Below are positions 51,179-59,998 of a stretch of DNA of 64,000 nt, piece by piece. How positions within the stretch are numbered: position 1 is the stretch's first letter; every line of letters begins with the position of its first letter. The notes under the pieces were generated by a model. That model made no database searches. It was not told the origin of the DNA and was given only the letters and a program-made list of their open reading frames with translations. The stretch comes from an uncultured Chloroflexia bacterium (GTDB lineage Bacteria; Chloroflexota; Dehalococcoidia; DSTF01; WHTK01). Both the position numbers and the translations under genes were made by a program. The stretch spans positions 206,894 through 270,893 of the forward strand of contig CAVTBL010000004.1 of the NCBI GenBank assembly GCA_963732945.1, written 5' to 3'.

Positions 51179-53377
51179 ATGCGCACTAACAAGGCGGCGA
51201 GCCTGGTCGTCCTGCTTGTCTTTGCCTTGGCTGTTGGCGCGAAAACGCAGATGGTCTTCGGCTCCAGCAGCTTCGGTGGCGAGACCGGAGGCATTGGTGG
51301 CGGGTGTGGTACTGACTTCACAAGTAAGAGTATCCCGAATGTCCAAGCGCTAAGCTGGTCAGATTTCATCGGCTCGCCAGACGGCCTAGCTGGCGGCTCT
51401 GCGGCGATGTCGTTTGTTTGGACCTCTTCCCCAGGACGGCAACTCAAGTTAGACATGACTGCCACGGGAGCTGAAGGCTGCGGAGCCAACGCCGCTTACT
51501 CTGCAAATTTATTTGTCGACCCTGGCACGCAGGTTACACTGGCGGCCACCACTCAGAATGCTCATGTCAGGATCCTGCCGCTCCAAAATCAGGCGAATGT
51601 CGTCCAAGACGTGTGCCCAATTCCACAGTGCGACCACGAAAGCCTTACCCAGACCGTCACCTTGAGCGGCACCTACCGGCTTGAGGCCGTAGAAGCTCCG
51701 GGGTGGGACGAAACTGCCAGCGTGCACTTGGTCCTGTCCCTGGGGAACACCGCACCGCTTGTCTCCATTGGTGATGCCGTGGATTCTGAGGGCGACAGCG
51801 GAAGCAAGTTCTTCGCGTTCCCGGTCATCCTCTCCGCTCCCCTTTCAACAAGCGCCTCCGTCAGCTTCGGGACCCAGGACCTCACCGCTACTGTCGCCGA
51901 CAACGATTACAACGCCGCCTTTGGCAGCGTCAGCTTCGCACCCGGCGAAGTGTCGAAGGTAATCTCAATTGCTGTGATTGGAGACACGAAAAACGAAGCC
52001 AACGAGACTTTTCGCGTAATCCTAGGCGATCCGTCGGCTAATATTCTCATAGGCAGTTCAGCTGCCATGGGAACGATCATCAACGACGATGTCGCTGTCG
52101 ATTTCGACTGGACGGTGCCAGATCGCTTCGGGCTGGACCAGAATGGTGACCAGATCATCGATTACTACCCCCCGGACGGGCACCTGGTTATCTCGCCCGA
52201 CGGTTGGCGAGTAGACTTCACCTTCAGTGTGGGCGGAAGTTGTCCCAGTGGTCTAAGCTCGAAATGGACCGTGAATGGACTCGCCATCGCACCAAGCGAT
52301 CCTGAAATCCTGCTCAGCAATGCCGCGGCTTGTAAGTTTAGCTATCGCTTTCCGAGGGAAGATACGTTCCAAGTTAAGCTTGAGCTCACAGACAGCACCA
52401 ATGCGGTCGTAGGGCAGCAGCAGAAGGCGGTTATAGTCCAGGATTGGCTCATCGTCTCGATAGGCGATTCTGTGGCTTCCGGCGAAGGTAATCCCGACGC
52501 ACCAGGGCCGATCTGGGAGGACCGCCAGTGCCACCGTACATCCGCAGCCGGACCGGCCCAGGCGGCGATGAAAATCGAGCGCGCCGATCCTAAGACGTCT
52601 GTGACCTTCATACACCTTGCGTGCTCCGGCGCCTCGATAAACGAAGGTCTTCTCCGCCGTTACGTGGGCCAAGAACCAGGCAGGCCACTCTTGCCACAGG
52701 TACAAGCTATGGACTTGCTAGTTGGCAATCGGGAGGTCGATGCCGTTCTCATTTCGATCGGTGCCAACGATGTGGAGTTCAGCAATATCGTAAAGAATTG
52801 TTTCCTTCGTACGGACTGTAACGATGCTTCGAAGCCCAACTCAATGGCCGCCTTTTTTGACAGCAAATTGCCTACGCTTCCTGCTGCCTATGACGCATTG
52901 GGTTTAAAGCTCAGGTCTGGTCTGAGGCATCCACTGAAGCCTGGACGGACTTACATCACTGAATATTTCGATCCGACCAGGGACGAGTCCGGCGCTTTCT
53001 GCGATAACAAGATCCTGGAGGAGGCCTTCGACTTTCCCCGTCTGGGCATTACTGCGACAGAGGGACAATGGGCTTCCACTGAGATGCTCGTGCGTTTGAA
53101 CCAGACTGTGGCCGCGGCAGCATCGCGCAACGACTGGCACTTCGTTAACGGAATCTACGACGCATTCCGAACTCATGGCTACTGTGCGATTGACTCTCAG
53201 CGCTGGATCGTCCAGGCAACGGAATCGCTACGGAATCAGCACAACAAGGACGGCACAATACATCCCAATCGTCCTGGGCATGTTGAGTACGGAGCGCGCC
53301 TAACAGCGGCACTTACAGCGGACTTCTATGCCGGCGACGATTTCAGTCGGCCGCGAGCGCCCATCACCGGCCCGTAG
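51179..53377 (+). CDS. secreted Calx-beta domain / SGNH(GDSL) hydrolase protein
   Basis: signal peptide; Calx-beta consensus (VDSEGDSGSKFFAFPV...VSFGTQDLTATVADNDYNAAFGSVSFAPGE...IINDD); GDSL block IVSIGDSVASGEGN. Confidence 0.75.
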   Translation: MRTNKAASLVVLLVFALAVGAKTQMVFGSSSFGGETGGIGGGCGTDFTSKSIPNVQALSWSDFIGSPDGLAGGSAAMSFVWTSSPGRQLKLDMTATGAEGCGANAAYSANLFVDPGTQVTLAATTQNAHVRILPLQNQANVVQDVCPIPQCDHESLTQTVTLSGTYRLEAVEAPGWDETASVHLVLSLGNTAPLVSIGDAVDSEGDSGSKFFAFPVILSAPLSTSASVSFGTQDLTATVADNDYNAAFGSVSFAPGEVSKVISIAVIGDTKNEANETFRVILGDPSANILIGSSAAMGTIINDDVAVDFDWTVPDRFGLDQNGDQIIDYYPPDGHLVISPDGWRVDFTFSVGGSCPSGLSSKWTVNGLAIAPSDPEILLSNAAACKFSYRFPREDTFQVKLELTDSTNAVVGQQQKAVIVQDWLIVSIGDSVASGEGNPDAPGPIWEDRQCHRTSAAGPAQAAMKIERADPKTSVTFIHLACSGASINEGLLRRYVGQEPGRPLLPQVQAMDLLVGNREVDAVLISIGANDVEFSNIVKNCFLRTDCNDASKPNSMAAFFDSKLPTLPAAYDALGLKLRSGLRHPLKPGRTYITEYFDPTRDESGAFCDNKILEEAFDFPRLGITATEGQWASTEMLVRLNQTVAAAASRNDWHFVNGIYDAFRTHGYCAIDSQRWIVQATESLRNQHNKDGTIHPNRPGHVEYGARLTAALTADFYAGDDFSRPRAPITGP

Positions 53378-53533
53378 TCCGCCTGCAGTGCATGGACGGT
53401 TACGATTAAGGTTCAAAAGTCTTTGTTGTCCGATTGGGTGCACCGGCGTTACATGGCTCGGAAATTTTCGAATGCAACGTAGCGGAACTGAGCCGTCCTG
53501 GCGAATGGAATTGAATCAACGTCCTTATTGCAC

Positions 53534-53560
53534 GTATATTCCGATGTTTGTTCAATGGTG
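53534..53560 (+). repeat. dnaN 3'-end core copy 3 (TATATTCCGATGTTTGTTCAATGGTGA)
   Basis: shares TATATTCCGATGTT with copy 2; lies in an AT-rich spacer. Confidence 0.6.
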
Positions 53561-53649
53561 AGACGTTTTGAATCTTATTTTTACGAATCGCCTCATTCTC
53601 GAGTCTACGACCACGTGAACACGCACGGGGTCGTCTTCCTGCGAGACGC

Positions 53650-55110
53650 CTATTCGGACTCGTCCAGGGGCGCTGCGGCCGCGATTCTACGGAGCATTCC
53701 GCTGAAAATCACGGAATGCAGCGGGAATAGACCGAACCAGTAGGCGAGGCCGGCCACGCCCACGGGATCGAAGATCGCGGTCTGCCTGAGGCTGCAGCGA
53801 TTCGCGCCCTGGGGTTCGATCTCGAACTGGAGCCAGGCTCGGCCAGGCAACCGCATCTCGGCGGCGAAGCGGACGAGCCGTGCTGGTTCGATGGCCTCGA
53901 CGCGCCAGAAGTCGACCGTGTCGCCGACGGCGAGGTGTCGAGGATCGCGGCGTCCGCGGCGCATGCCGGCACCGCCGACAGCGAGGTCGAGCAGGCCTCG
54001 GAGGCGCCAGAGCCAGTTACCGTAGTACCAACCGGTGTCGCCACCGATACGCTCGACGACGCCGAACGCGGCATCGGCGGAGCATTCAATCGGGGCGACG
54101 CGCGAGTCCACCAGGCGTGAACCGAAAGCATCGCCGCCCCAGCCGCGAGTTACGCCGGCCGATGCGAGAGCGTCCGACCAGCGCGTCTGGGCGAATTCCC
54201 GATCTTCGTTTCTCAGGGCGCGCGCTACGGCTTCGCGGACGCCCATGGGATGCACGCCGAAGAGCTCCTGTGCTCGTGCGTCGTTTGCTACCGTCTCGTG
54301 CGGCAGGCTCTCGATCAGGATGCGACCAACGCGGGCGTAGAGCGGCGTCACGAGGCCCAACCAGAGGCTGGAGAGCCGTGGCGTGAGCACGGGCACAGGG
54401 ATCATCAGCCGTCGCAGGCCTCGCTGGTTGCCGTACTCCAGCATGAGGTCCTTGAAGGAGACCCGCTCCGCTCCGCCGATCTCGAATATCTCGGAGCCGG
54501 TGATCGGCACGTCGATGGCTCTGCGCAGGTAGGCGATGACGTCCTCGATGGCGATTGGTTGAGTACGAATGCGGACCCAGCGCGGCATCACCATGATCGG
54601 CAGCCGGTCGATAAGCGAGCGGATCATCTCGAAAGAGAGGCTGCCGGATCCCAGAATGACCGAAGCGCGAAACTCGATAGTCGGCACGCCGGAGTCGCGG
54701 AAGATGCGACCGACTTCCTGCCGGCTGGCGAGATGCGGCGAGAGGTTGTCGCCGGTACCGAGACCACCGAGATAAATGAGCCTGCTTACGCCGGCCGCCT
54801 TCGCTGCAGCGGCGAAGTTGGACGCGACTTCGCGATCGCGAGTCACGAAGTCAGCGGTCGCGGCCATGGAGTGAACCAGGTAATAGGCGTGCGTGACCCC
54901 CACCATCGCGGCTGCGAGGTCGTCGGACTTCATGACGTCGCCTTTCACAACCTCGGTCGATGGGCTGAGATTGGTGTGCAGGCGCTTCGGATCGCGCACC
55001 AGGCAGCGAACGCGGCAGCCATCGTCCTGAAGTGCCTGCAACAGGCGCCCGCCGACGTAGCCGGTGGCGCCGGTTAGCAGGACAAGAGGCTGAGACGTTT
55101 CGGGCTGCAT
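53650..55110 (-). CDS. YbjT-like NAD(P)-binding (NmrA/SDR-like) protein with C-terminal DUF2867
   Basis: Rossmann motif LLTGATGYVGG. ATG at 55110 overlaps the heliorhodopsin stop (ATGA). Confidence 0.75.
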   Translation of the reverse strand: MQPETSQPLVLLTGATGYVGGRLLQALQDDGCRVRCLVRDPKRLHTNLSPSTEVVKGDVMKSDDLAAAMVGVTHAYYLVHSMAATADFVTRDREVASNFAAAAKAAGVSRLIYLGGLGTGDNLSPHLASRQEVGRIFRDSGVPTIEFRASVILGSGSLSFEMIRSLIDRLPIMVMPRWVRIRTQPIAIEDVIAYLRRAIDVPITGSEIFEIGGAERVSFKDLMLEYGNQRGLRRLMIPVPVLTPRLSSLWLGLVTPLYARVGRILIESLPHETVANDARAQELFGVHPMGVREAVARALRNEDREFAQTRWSDALASAGVTRGWGGDAFGSRLVDSRVAPIECSADAAFGVVERIGGDTGWYYGNWLWRLRGLLDLAVGGAGMRRGRRDPRHLAVGDTVDFWRVEAIEPARLVRFAAEMRLPGRAWLQFEIEPQGANRCSLRQTAIFDPVGVAGLAYWFGLFPLHSVIFSGMLRRIAAAAPLDESE

Positions 55111-55895
55111 CACTTCATCAAGGTGGGGAAGAAGACCTGCCACGCCAGCGCCGACTTCGCGGTGAGGCTGAGAAGAATGTATACCGATTCGCCGAAGACA
55201 TAATTGCGCCAGGGCCCGATGCGGCGGTACTGCAGCCACATGTTCAGCGCGAAGACGTTGAAGAATAGGAACAGCGAGAAGAAGATGCCGTACACGAACC
55301 CGGGCGGGTTGGCGGACGAGCCGGGGCTGACGAAGTAGACACCGATGGCGATCCAGGGAACCGCGCCGGCGATGCAGCCGAGCCAGAAAGGTAGCAGGCT
55401 CCCGGAGCCCGGCCTGGCGTAGTGCTCCTGAACCAGGCCGAAGAAGATCATCGATGCGTTGACACCGAAGAGCGCGATCAGGGCCGCGACATCGCCGATG
55501 CCGGTGAGCATGGCGATAAGCACGATCATCAGCGAGGCGCTGAGCGAGTATTCGATCCAGCGCGCGTCGTTGCGCTGACGCTGCAGGTTACGCGTGTACC
55601 AGCCGAACACCCCCGGCAGAACGAGGGTGAAGTGAGCCACCGCCGATATGAAGACGAACGCGGCGACCGCGGGTCCGATAGGGAGGTCGAACAGGTGGCG
55701 CAGGGTCGGCGGTTCACTGCCCGGCGCGCCCTGCATGAAAGTGGCGTTTACCGGCAGCGAGAAACCGTTCGAGAGCGTGAGAATCAGCACTCCCTGCGCC
55801 GCGTGCAGCACGCCCATCGCCAGGTTGTACCAGCGCAGGCGTCGAAACGTCGCGCTCTGCGCTGGGTTGTTGGTGTCCGAATCTGGCTGCTTCAC
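55110..55895 (-). CDS. heliorhodopsin
   Basis: 7-TM protein with blocks matching heliorhodopsin 48C12 (RWIEYSLSASLMIVLIA, FGVNASMIFFG, LLPFWLGCIAGAVPWI, PGFVYGIFFSLFLFFN) and the Schiff-base lysine in TM7 (LSLTAKSALAWQ). Confidence 0.85.
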   Translation of the reverse strand: MKQPDSDTNNPAQSATFRRLRWYNLAMGVLHAAQGVLILTLSNGFSLPVNATFMQGAPGSEPPTLRHLFDLPIGPAVAAFVFISAVAHFTLVLPGVFGWYTRNLQRQRNDARWIEYSLSASLMIVLIAMLTGIGDVAALIALFGVNASMIFFGLVQEHYARPGSGSLLPFWLGCIAGAVPWIAIGVYFVSPGSSANPPGFVYGIFFSLFLFFNVFALNMWLQYRRIGPWRNYVFGESVYILLSLTAKSALAWQVFFPTLMK

Positions 55896-55985
55896 GGCTT
55901 CAATCCTCGCTGGCTGCCGATGCAGCCGGTGGGGGCAGAGGAAGACAATTTAGTCCTCCTCTGCCCCGCTCTTTGTTACTACCAG

Positions 55986-56255
55986 TTACCTGCTGGTCAT
56001 CTGCGACTGACCACCGCGGTGACTCTGTGCGCTCGGGAGCTTCATCTGCGCCATCGCCAGACCCGCGAGGCCGACGAAGGCTGAAGCGCCGACGAGGATG
56101 TAAACGATACGCGTAATGGTCGAGGTCTCGCCGAAGTCCTTGCCAAAGATGGCGGCGACGAGGTCGTACTCGAAGAGTCCGACAAGGCCCCAGTTGATGC
56201 CGCCAACGGCGAGAAGTATCAGCGATAGCCAGACGATTGGGTTGATGTTGTTCAT
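55986..56255 (-). CDS. DUF378-family small membrane protein
   Basis: GINWGLVGLFEYDLV motif, two TM helices. Confidence 0.65.
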   Translation of the reverse strand: MNNINPIVWLSLILLAVGGINWGLVGLFEYDLVAAIFGKDFGETSTITRIVYILVGASAFVGLAGLAMAQMKLPSAQSHRGGQSQMTSR

Positions 56256-56314
56256 TGCTGTTTCTCCTTTTTAGTTCGTAGGTTGCGTACGCGATGCCCG
56301 GATCGCGTGTCTGA

Positions 56315-57160
56315 TTAGGCTCGAGCTCGTGAGCGAGCGAAGCGAGCGGCGAACAGCGTGCTCAGCACGACGGCCGTGGCAATCGCGGCCCAGGACACAT
56401 AGGAGGTGCCGTCATCGGCCGATTTGTCAGCCAGGAGGCCGGCGTCGCCGGTGTTTGGCGGCATCATGACCGCGGCCGCGGGGGTGTAGCTGAGAGGCAC
56501 GACGGACAGAGACGGGCTGCCATTGGCCAGACCAGCGGCGACGAAGGTGTACACCGTGCCGGCCTTTAGCTGAACGCCATCGAGGGGCAGAACGACGGTG
56601 CTGGTGCCGGCGGCTCGCACCTCGAGGTTGTAGGTGCCGGCGTCGACCGGCAGCGGGCCCTTTTGCTCACCGAACGCCAGGTTCGAGACGAGGACGGGTC
56701 CGTCCTTGACGGCGATGTCCACGGCCGGCGCGTCCGGCGAAGCGTGGATCACCTGGACGTGGGCCTTGCCCGCGCCGGGCGCAGCGTTGTTGTCGACGAA
56801 CACCTTGGCCTGGATCTGCGCCAGCTTGTTAACGGCGGCAACCGTGTAATCGGTGTCGGCTTTCAGGTCGGCGGTCGCGGACAGGACGGGGGTCGAGGCT
56901 GCGGCGGCGCCGGCAGGCCTTACGTCAAAGGTGTAGGTGCCGGCCGGGACAGCCAGGTAGTCGGACGCCGACTTGAAGGCAACATTGCTGAGAACTTTGG
57001 TGCCGTTAGCGTAGACGTCGACCGCCGGTGCGTCGGGTGAGGCGTGCAAGACGCGCACGCGCGCTTCACCGGCAGCCTGCGCGCCGGCGAACGCCCAGGT
57101 AGCGAGCATGACAGCAGCGAGAGTTGCAAGGATGAATCTGAACACGGTAAGTCCTTTCAC
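56315..57160 (-). CDS. DUF4397 repeat surface protein with signal peptide and C-terminal membrane anchor
   Basis: two DUF4397-like repeats (VRVLHASPDAPAVDVYANG / VQVIHASPDAPAVDIAVKDG); signal peptide. C-terminal PPNTG-like motif, hydrophobic segment and RSRARA tail. AAGGA SD favours GTG at 57135. Confidence 0.7.
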   Translation of the reverse strand: MKGLTVFRFILATLAAVMLATWAFAGAQAAGEARVRVLHASPDAPAVDVYANGTKVLSNVAFKSASDYLAVPAGTYTFDVRPAGAAAASTPVLSATADLKADTDYTVAAVNKLAQIQAKVFVDNNAAPGAGKAHVQVIHASPDAPAVDIAVKDGPVLVSNLAFGEQKGPLPVDAGTYNLEVRAAGTSTVVLPLDGVQLKAGTVYTFVAAGLANGSPSLSVVPLSYTPAAAVMMPPNTGDAGLLADKSADDGTSYVSWAAIATAVVLSTLFAARFARSRARA

Positions 57161-57258
57161 TAGGTCGGTACGCTCCGAGGACTGCTAATTCACTGCGATG
57201 CCTGCATCACATCAATGGCCTCCATCTGCGTCACATCTTGGTCAAGCAACGCAAAGCC

Positions 57259-57288
57259 ATTGTGCAAACCATGTGCACAACTTGTCAA
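57259..57288 (-). promoter_or_regulatory. candidate promoter and operator of the heliorhodopsin operon: -35 TTGACA, 18-nt spacer containing palindrome TTGTGCA-N7-TGCACAA, -10 CACAAT
   Basis: read on the minus strand; MerR-like operator geometry; divergent from the B12-binding MerR regulator gene. Confidence 0.4.
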
Positions 57289-57329
57289 GGTCTGTTGACT
57301 AAGTTTTGCAAAAGCTAGAGAATCGAGCG

Positions 57330-58205
57330 GTGAACTACACGGTCAAGGCTGCTGCGCGTGCAACCGGCGTGTCCGAGAGCAGGCTTCGTACCTGGGAACG
57401 CCGCTATGGCATACCCAAGCCCGCGCGGGCGGCTTCAGGCCGGCGCCTGTACGACGACGACGATCTCGCCGTCATCCGGCGCATGGCGTCTCTGGTGGGT
57501 GCCGGCGTGTCGGCTGCAGAGGCCGCGGAAGCAGCGCGTTTCGGAGCGGCTGAAACGCCTCCCCTCTCAGAGAAGCGCACCGAGCACCCTCTGATCGCGG
57601 CGCTTGTCGCCGCCGCAGAGTCGTTCGACGAGGCGGCTCTGCTCGCGGCGCTGAAAAGCTGCACTGACGCTTGGGGCTGGGCTCAGGCCCTGGACGAAGT
57701 GGTCTTCCCGGCGCTGAAGCAGATTGGCAGGTCATGGGAAGAGGCGGCAATTCCTCCGGCCAAGGAGCACTTCGCCTCGGAGCTGGTGAAGCGAGAGCTC
57801 GAGGCGGCATTGCATGATCTCGGTCCGTCCGTGGACCGCTCGCCACGAATCATGCTTGCGTGTCCGGAGTCAGAGCGTCATGACCTGGGACTGATGGCAC
57901 TGGCGCTGCTGCTCAGACTGGCGCACGTCAACGTCGTCTATCTAGGCGGCGATGTGCCCACGTCCGATCTCATTGCCGCAAATGACGAGCTGCGGCCAGA
58001 CGCGATCTGCCTGTCGGCAACCAGCGCTAACGGGCTTGCTTCTCTCGTGCGCGCATCCAGGACGCTGGTATCGGCAAGAGCCGTGCGGCTGTTCATCGGT
58101 GGACCGGCGGTTAACGGCACGGGCCCCGTCGCGGCTGGTCTCCCGCTGCCCGAATCCCTCGCATCTGCATCGAGGTTAATCGTCGAAAACACTCGCCCGA
58201 AGTAG
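57330..58205 (+). CDS. MerR-family regulator with C-terminal cobalamin (B12)-binding domain (CarH/LitR-like)
   Basis: MerR HTH (YTVKAAARATGVSESRLRTWERRYGI); B12-binding Rossmann with E-x-H-x-x-G (ESERHDLGLMALALLL...VVYLGGDVP). GTG at 57330 preferred over TTG at 57306. Confidence 0.8.
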   Translation: MNYTVKAAARATGVSESRLRTWERRYGIPKPARAASGRRLYDDDDLAVIRRMASLVGAGVSAAEAAEAARFGAAETPPLSEKRTEHPLIAALVAAAESFDEAALLAALKSCTDAWGWAQALDEVVFPALKQIGRSWEEAAIPPAKEHFASELVKRELEAALHDLGPSVDRSPRIMLACPESERHDLGLMALALLLRLAHVNVVYLGGDVPTSDLIAANDELRPDAICLSATSANGLASLVRASRTLVSARAVRLFIGGPAVNGTGPVAAGLPLPESLASASRLIVENTRPK

Positions 58206-58399
58206 GGACCAGTCGAACGAATGTTGCGCGCGTAGACTTGAGTTGGCAGCAGGCGCTGTGTTGGCGATTTGGCCCTGGAAGAATCGACACGGATCAAATA
58301 GATTCAGGCGGCGCAATCGCTCTTTCCTGGTAAGAGCGGACTTAGCGGACGCGAACAGCATTCCCCTTTGGGGGCTTTTGAAGTCGTAAACTTCCAACT

Positions 58400-59998
58400 G
58401 TGAAGACGATGCTGTCGAAGGACTCTCCTTTCGTATACGTCGTCACGATCGCTGCCACCGCTCTGCTAACGGCCGTTCTGGCGCCGTTTCGAACGGAGAT
58501 AGGCCTGCTCAATGAAGGCCTGCTGTTCCTCCTCCTGACGCTGCTCGTGGCGTCGGTCTGGGGCCGAGGGCCGGGGCTGTTCGCGGCCGTAATCACGAAC
58601 CTCGCGTTCAACTTCTTCTTCATTGACCCGCTCTACCGGTTCACGGTACAGGAGCCGCGCAACACGGTCGCGCTGGGCGTGTTCCTGGTCGTGTCCATCG
58701 TCGGTAGCTCGTTGCTTTCGGCAGCGCGTGACGCCGCGTCTCGGGCGCGACTGCGGCAGGCCGAGACGGAGATCGCTTTGGCATTGAGCCGCGAGATGAG
58801 CGGCGAGATCGACCCCGGTGAGGCGCTAAACCGGCTCTGCCTTGAAGCGGTTCGCGACTTTGCGGCACCCGGCGCCGCGGTGCTCAAGAGCTCGGACGGC
58901 CGCTGGGCAGTGCTGGCGCATGCCGGGAGCGTAACTTCGGGCCGTGCGCCGAGCCCAGAGGAGCGCTCGGTGGCCGATCGCGTGGCGACCAGCGGCGAGG
59001 TCGAAGGCCTCGGACGCACCGGCCTCAGCAAGACGCGCGCGCGCGTCGTCTTCCCTCGCGGTCGCGAGGCAGCCTTCGGCGCGGCTCGCAGCGAGACCCT
59101 GGTGCCGTTGAAGGTCGGCGACCAGATTCTGGGGATACTGAGACTCGACGGCCCAATTGGCGATACGCCGTTCAGCGAACACCCAGAAGGGCTGCTGAGC
59201 GCCATCGCTGGCGAAGCGGCGCTCGCGGTTCACCGCTCGGAGCTTGCGCAGGCCGCTGCTCACGCCGAGGCGCTGCGCGAGGCAGACGAACTCAAGAGTG
59301 CGCTGCTCAATGCCGTCTCCCACGACCTGCGCACGCCCCTGGCCTCGATCATCGCCTCCGCCGGCAGCCTGCAGCAAACTGACGTGAAGTGGACCGACGA
59401 AGAGCGCCTCGGTTTCGCAGATGCCATCGAGAGCGAGGCGCAGCGCCTCAACCGGCTGGTCGGCAACTTGCTCGACCTTTCGCGTATCGAGTCCGGTAGC
59501 CTGCGACCCGAGAAGGGCTGGTACGATTTGGGCGCGTTGGTCGACGAAGTTGTGGGCCGGCTCAAACCGATGACGGCGAGGCACAAGGTCTCTTTCGAAA
59601 TGCCGCCCGAGCTACCCCCTGTCGCCCTTGATTACATCGAGATCGACGAAGTGCTGACTAATCTCATCGAGAATGCCACCAAATACACTCCCGAGGGAAC
59701 GGAGATAGCCATAAGCGTGCGTCCTGTGGGAGATGAGGTCGTGGTCGAAGTAGGCGATCGCGGCGGCGGCATTCCGCCCGACGCCTTGCAGAGCGTTTTC
59801 GAGCCGTTCTATCGCGTTGGAGGGTCTAAGGTGCGTGGCACCGGTCTCGGCCTCGCGGTGGCAAAGGGCCTTGTGCAGGCGCACGGGGGACGCATCTGGG
59901 CCCAGAACCGTCTCGACGGTGGTGCGATCTTCGCCTTCTCGTTGCCCGTGAAAGCAAGCGATGGCTCCTTACTGCCGGTGCCAGAGCGCGCTACATGA
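58400..59998 (+). CDS. kdpD: sensor histidine kinase KdpD-like (TM/DUF4118 + GAF + HisKA + HATPase, lacking the N-terminal KdpD/Usp domains)
   Basis: H-box SHDLRTPL, N/G boxes; 532 aa, starts at the membrane segment. Confidence 0.85.
   Translation: MKTMLSKDSPFVYVVTIAATALLTAVLAPFRTEIGLLNEGLLFLLLTLLVASVWGRGPGLFAAVITNLAFNFFFIDPLYRFTVQEPRNTVALGVFLVVSIVGSSLLSAARDAASRARLRQAETEIALALSREMSGEIDPGEALNRLCLEAVRDFAAPGAAVLKSSDGRWAVLAHAGSVTSGRAPSPEERSVADRVATSGEVEGLGRTGLSKTRARVVFPRGREAAFGAARSETLVPLKVGDQILGILRLDGPIGDTPFSEHPEGLLSAIAGEAALAVHRSELAQAAAHAEALREADELKSALLNAVSHDLRTPLASIIASAGSLQQTDVKWTDEERLGFADAIESEAQRLNRLVGNLLDLSRIESGSLRPEKGWYDLGALVDEVVGRLKPMTARHKVSFEMPPELPPVALDYIEIDEVLTNLIENATKYTPEGTEIAISVRPVGDEVVVEVGDRGGGIPPDALQSVFEPFYRVGGSKVRGTGLGLAVAKGLVQAHGGRIWAQNRLDGGAIFAFSLPVKASDGSLLPVPERAT

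Noticed and set aside
42024-53533. Integrase, excisionase, transposase or IS elements inside the dnaN-flanked modules
   Set aside because: None of the six-frame ORFs shows recombinase motifs (no R-H-R-Y tyrosine recombinase or serine recombinase signatures, no DDE motifs); the absence is noted explicitly.
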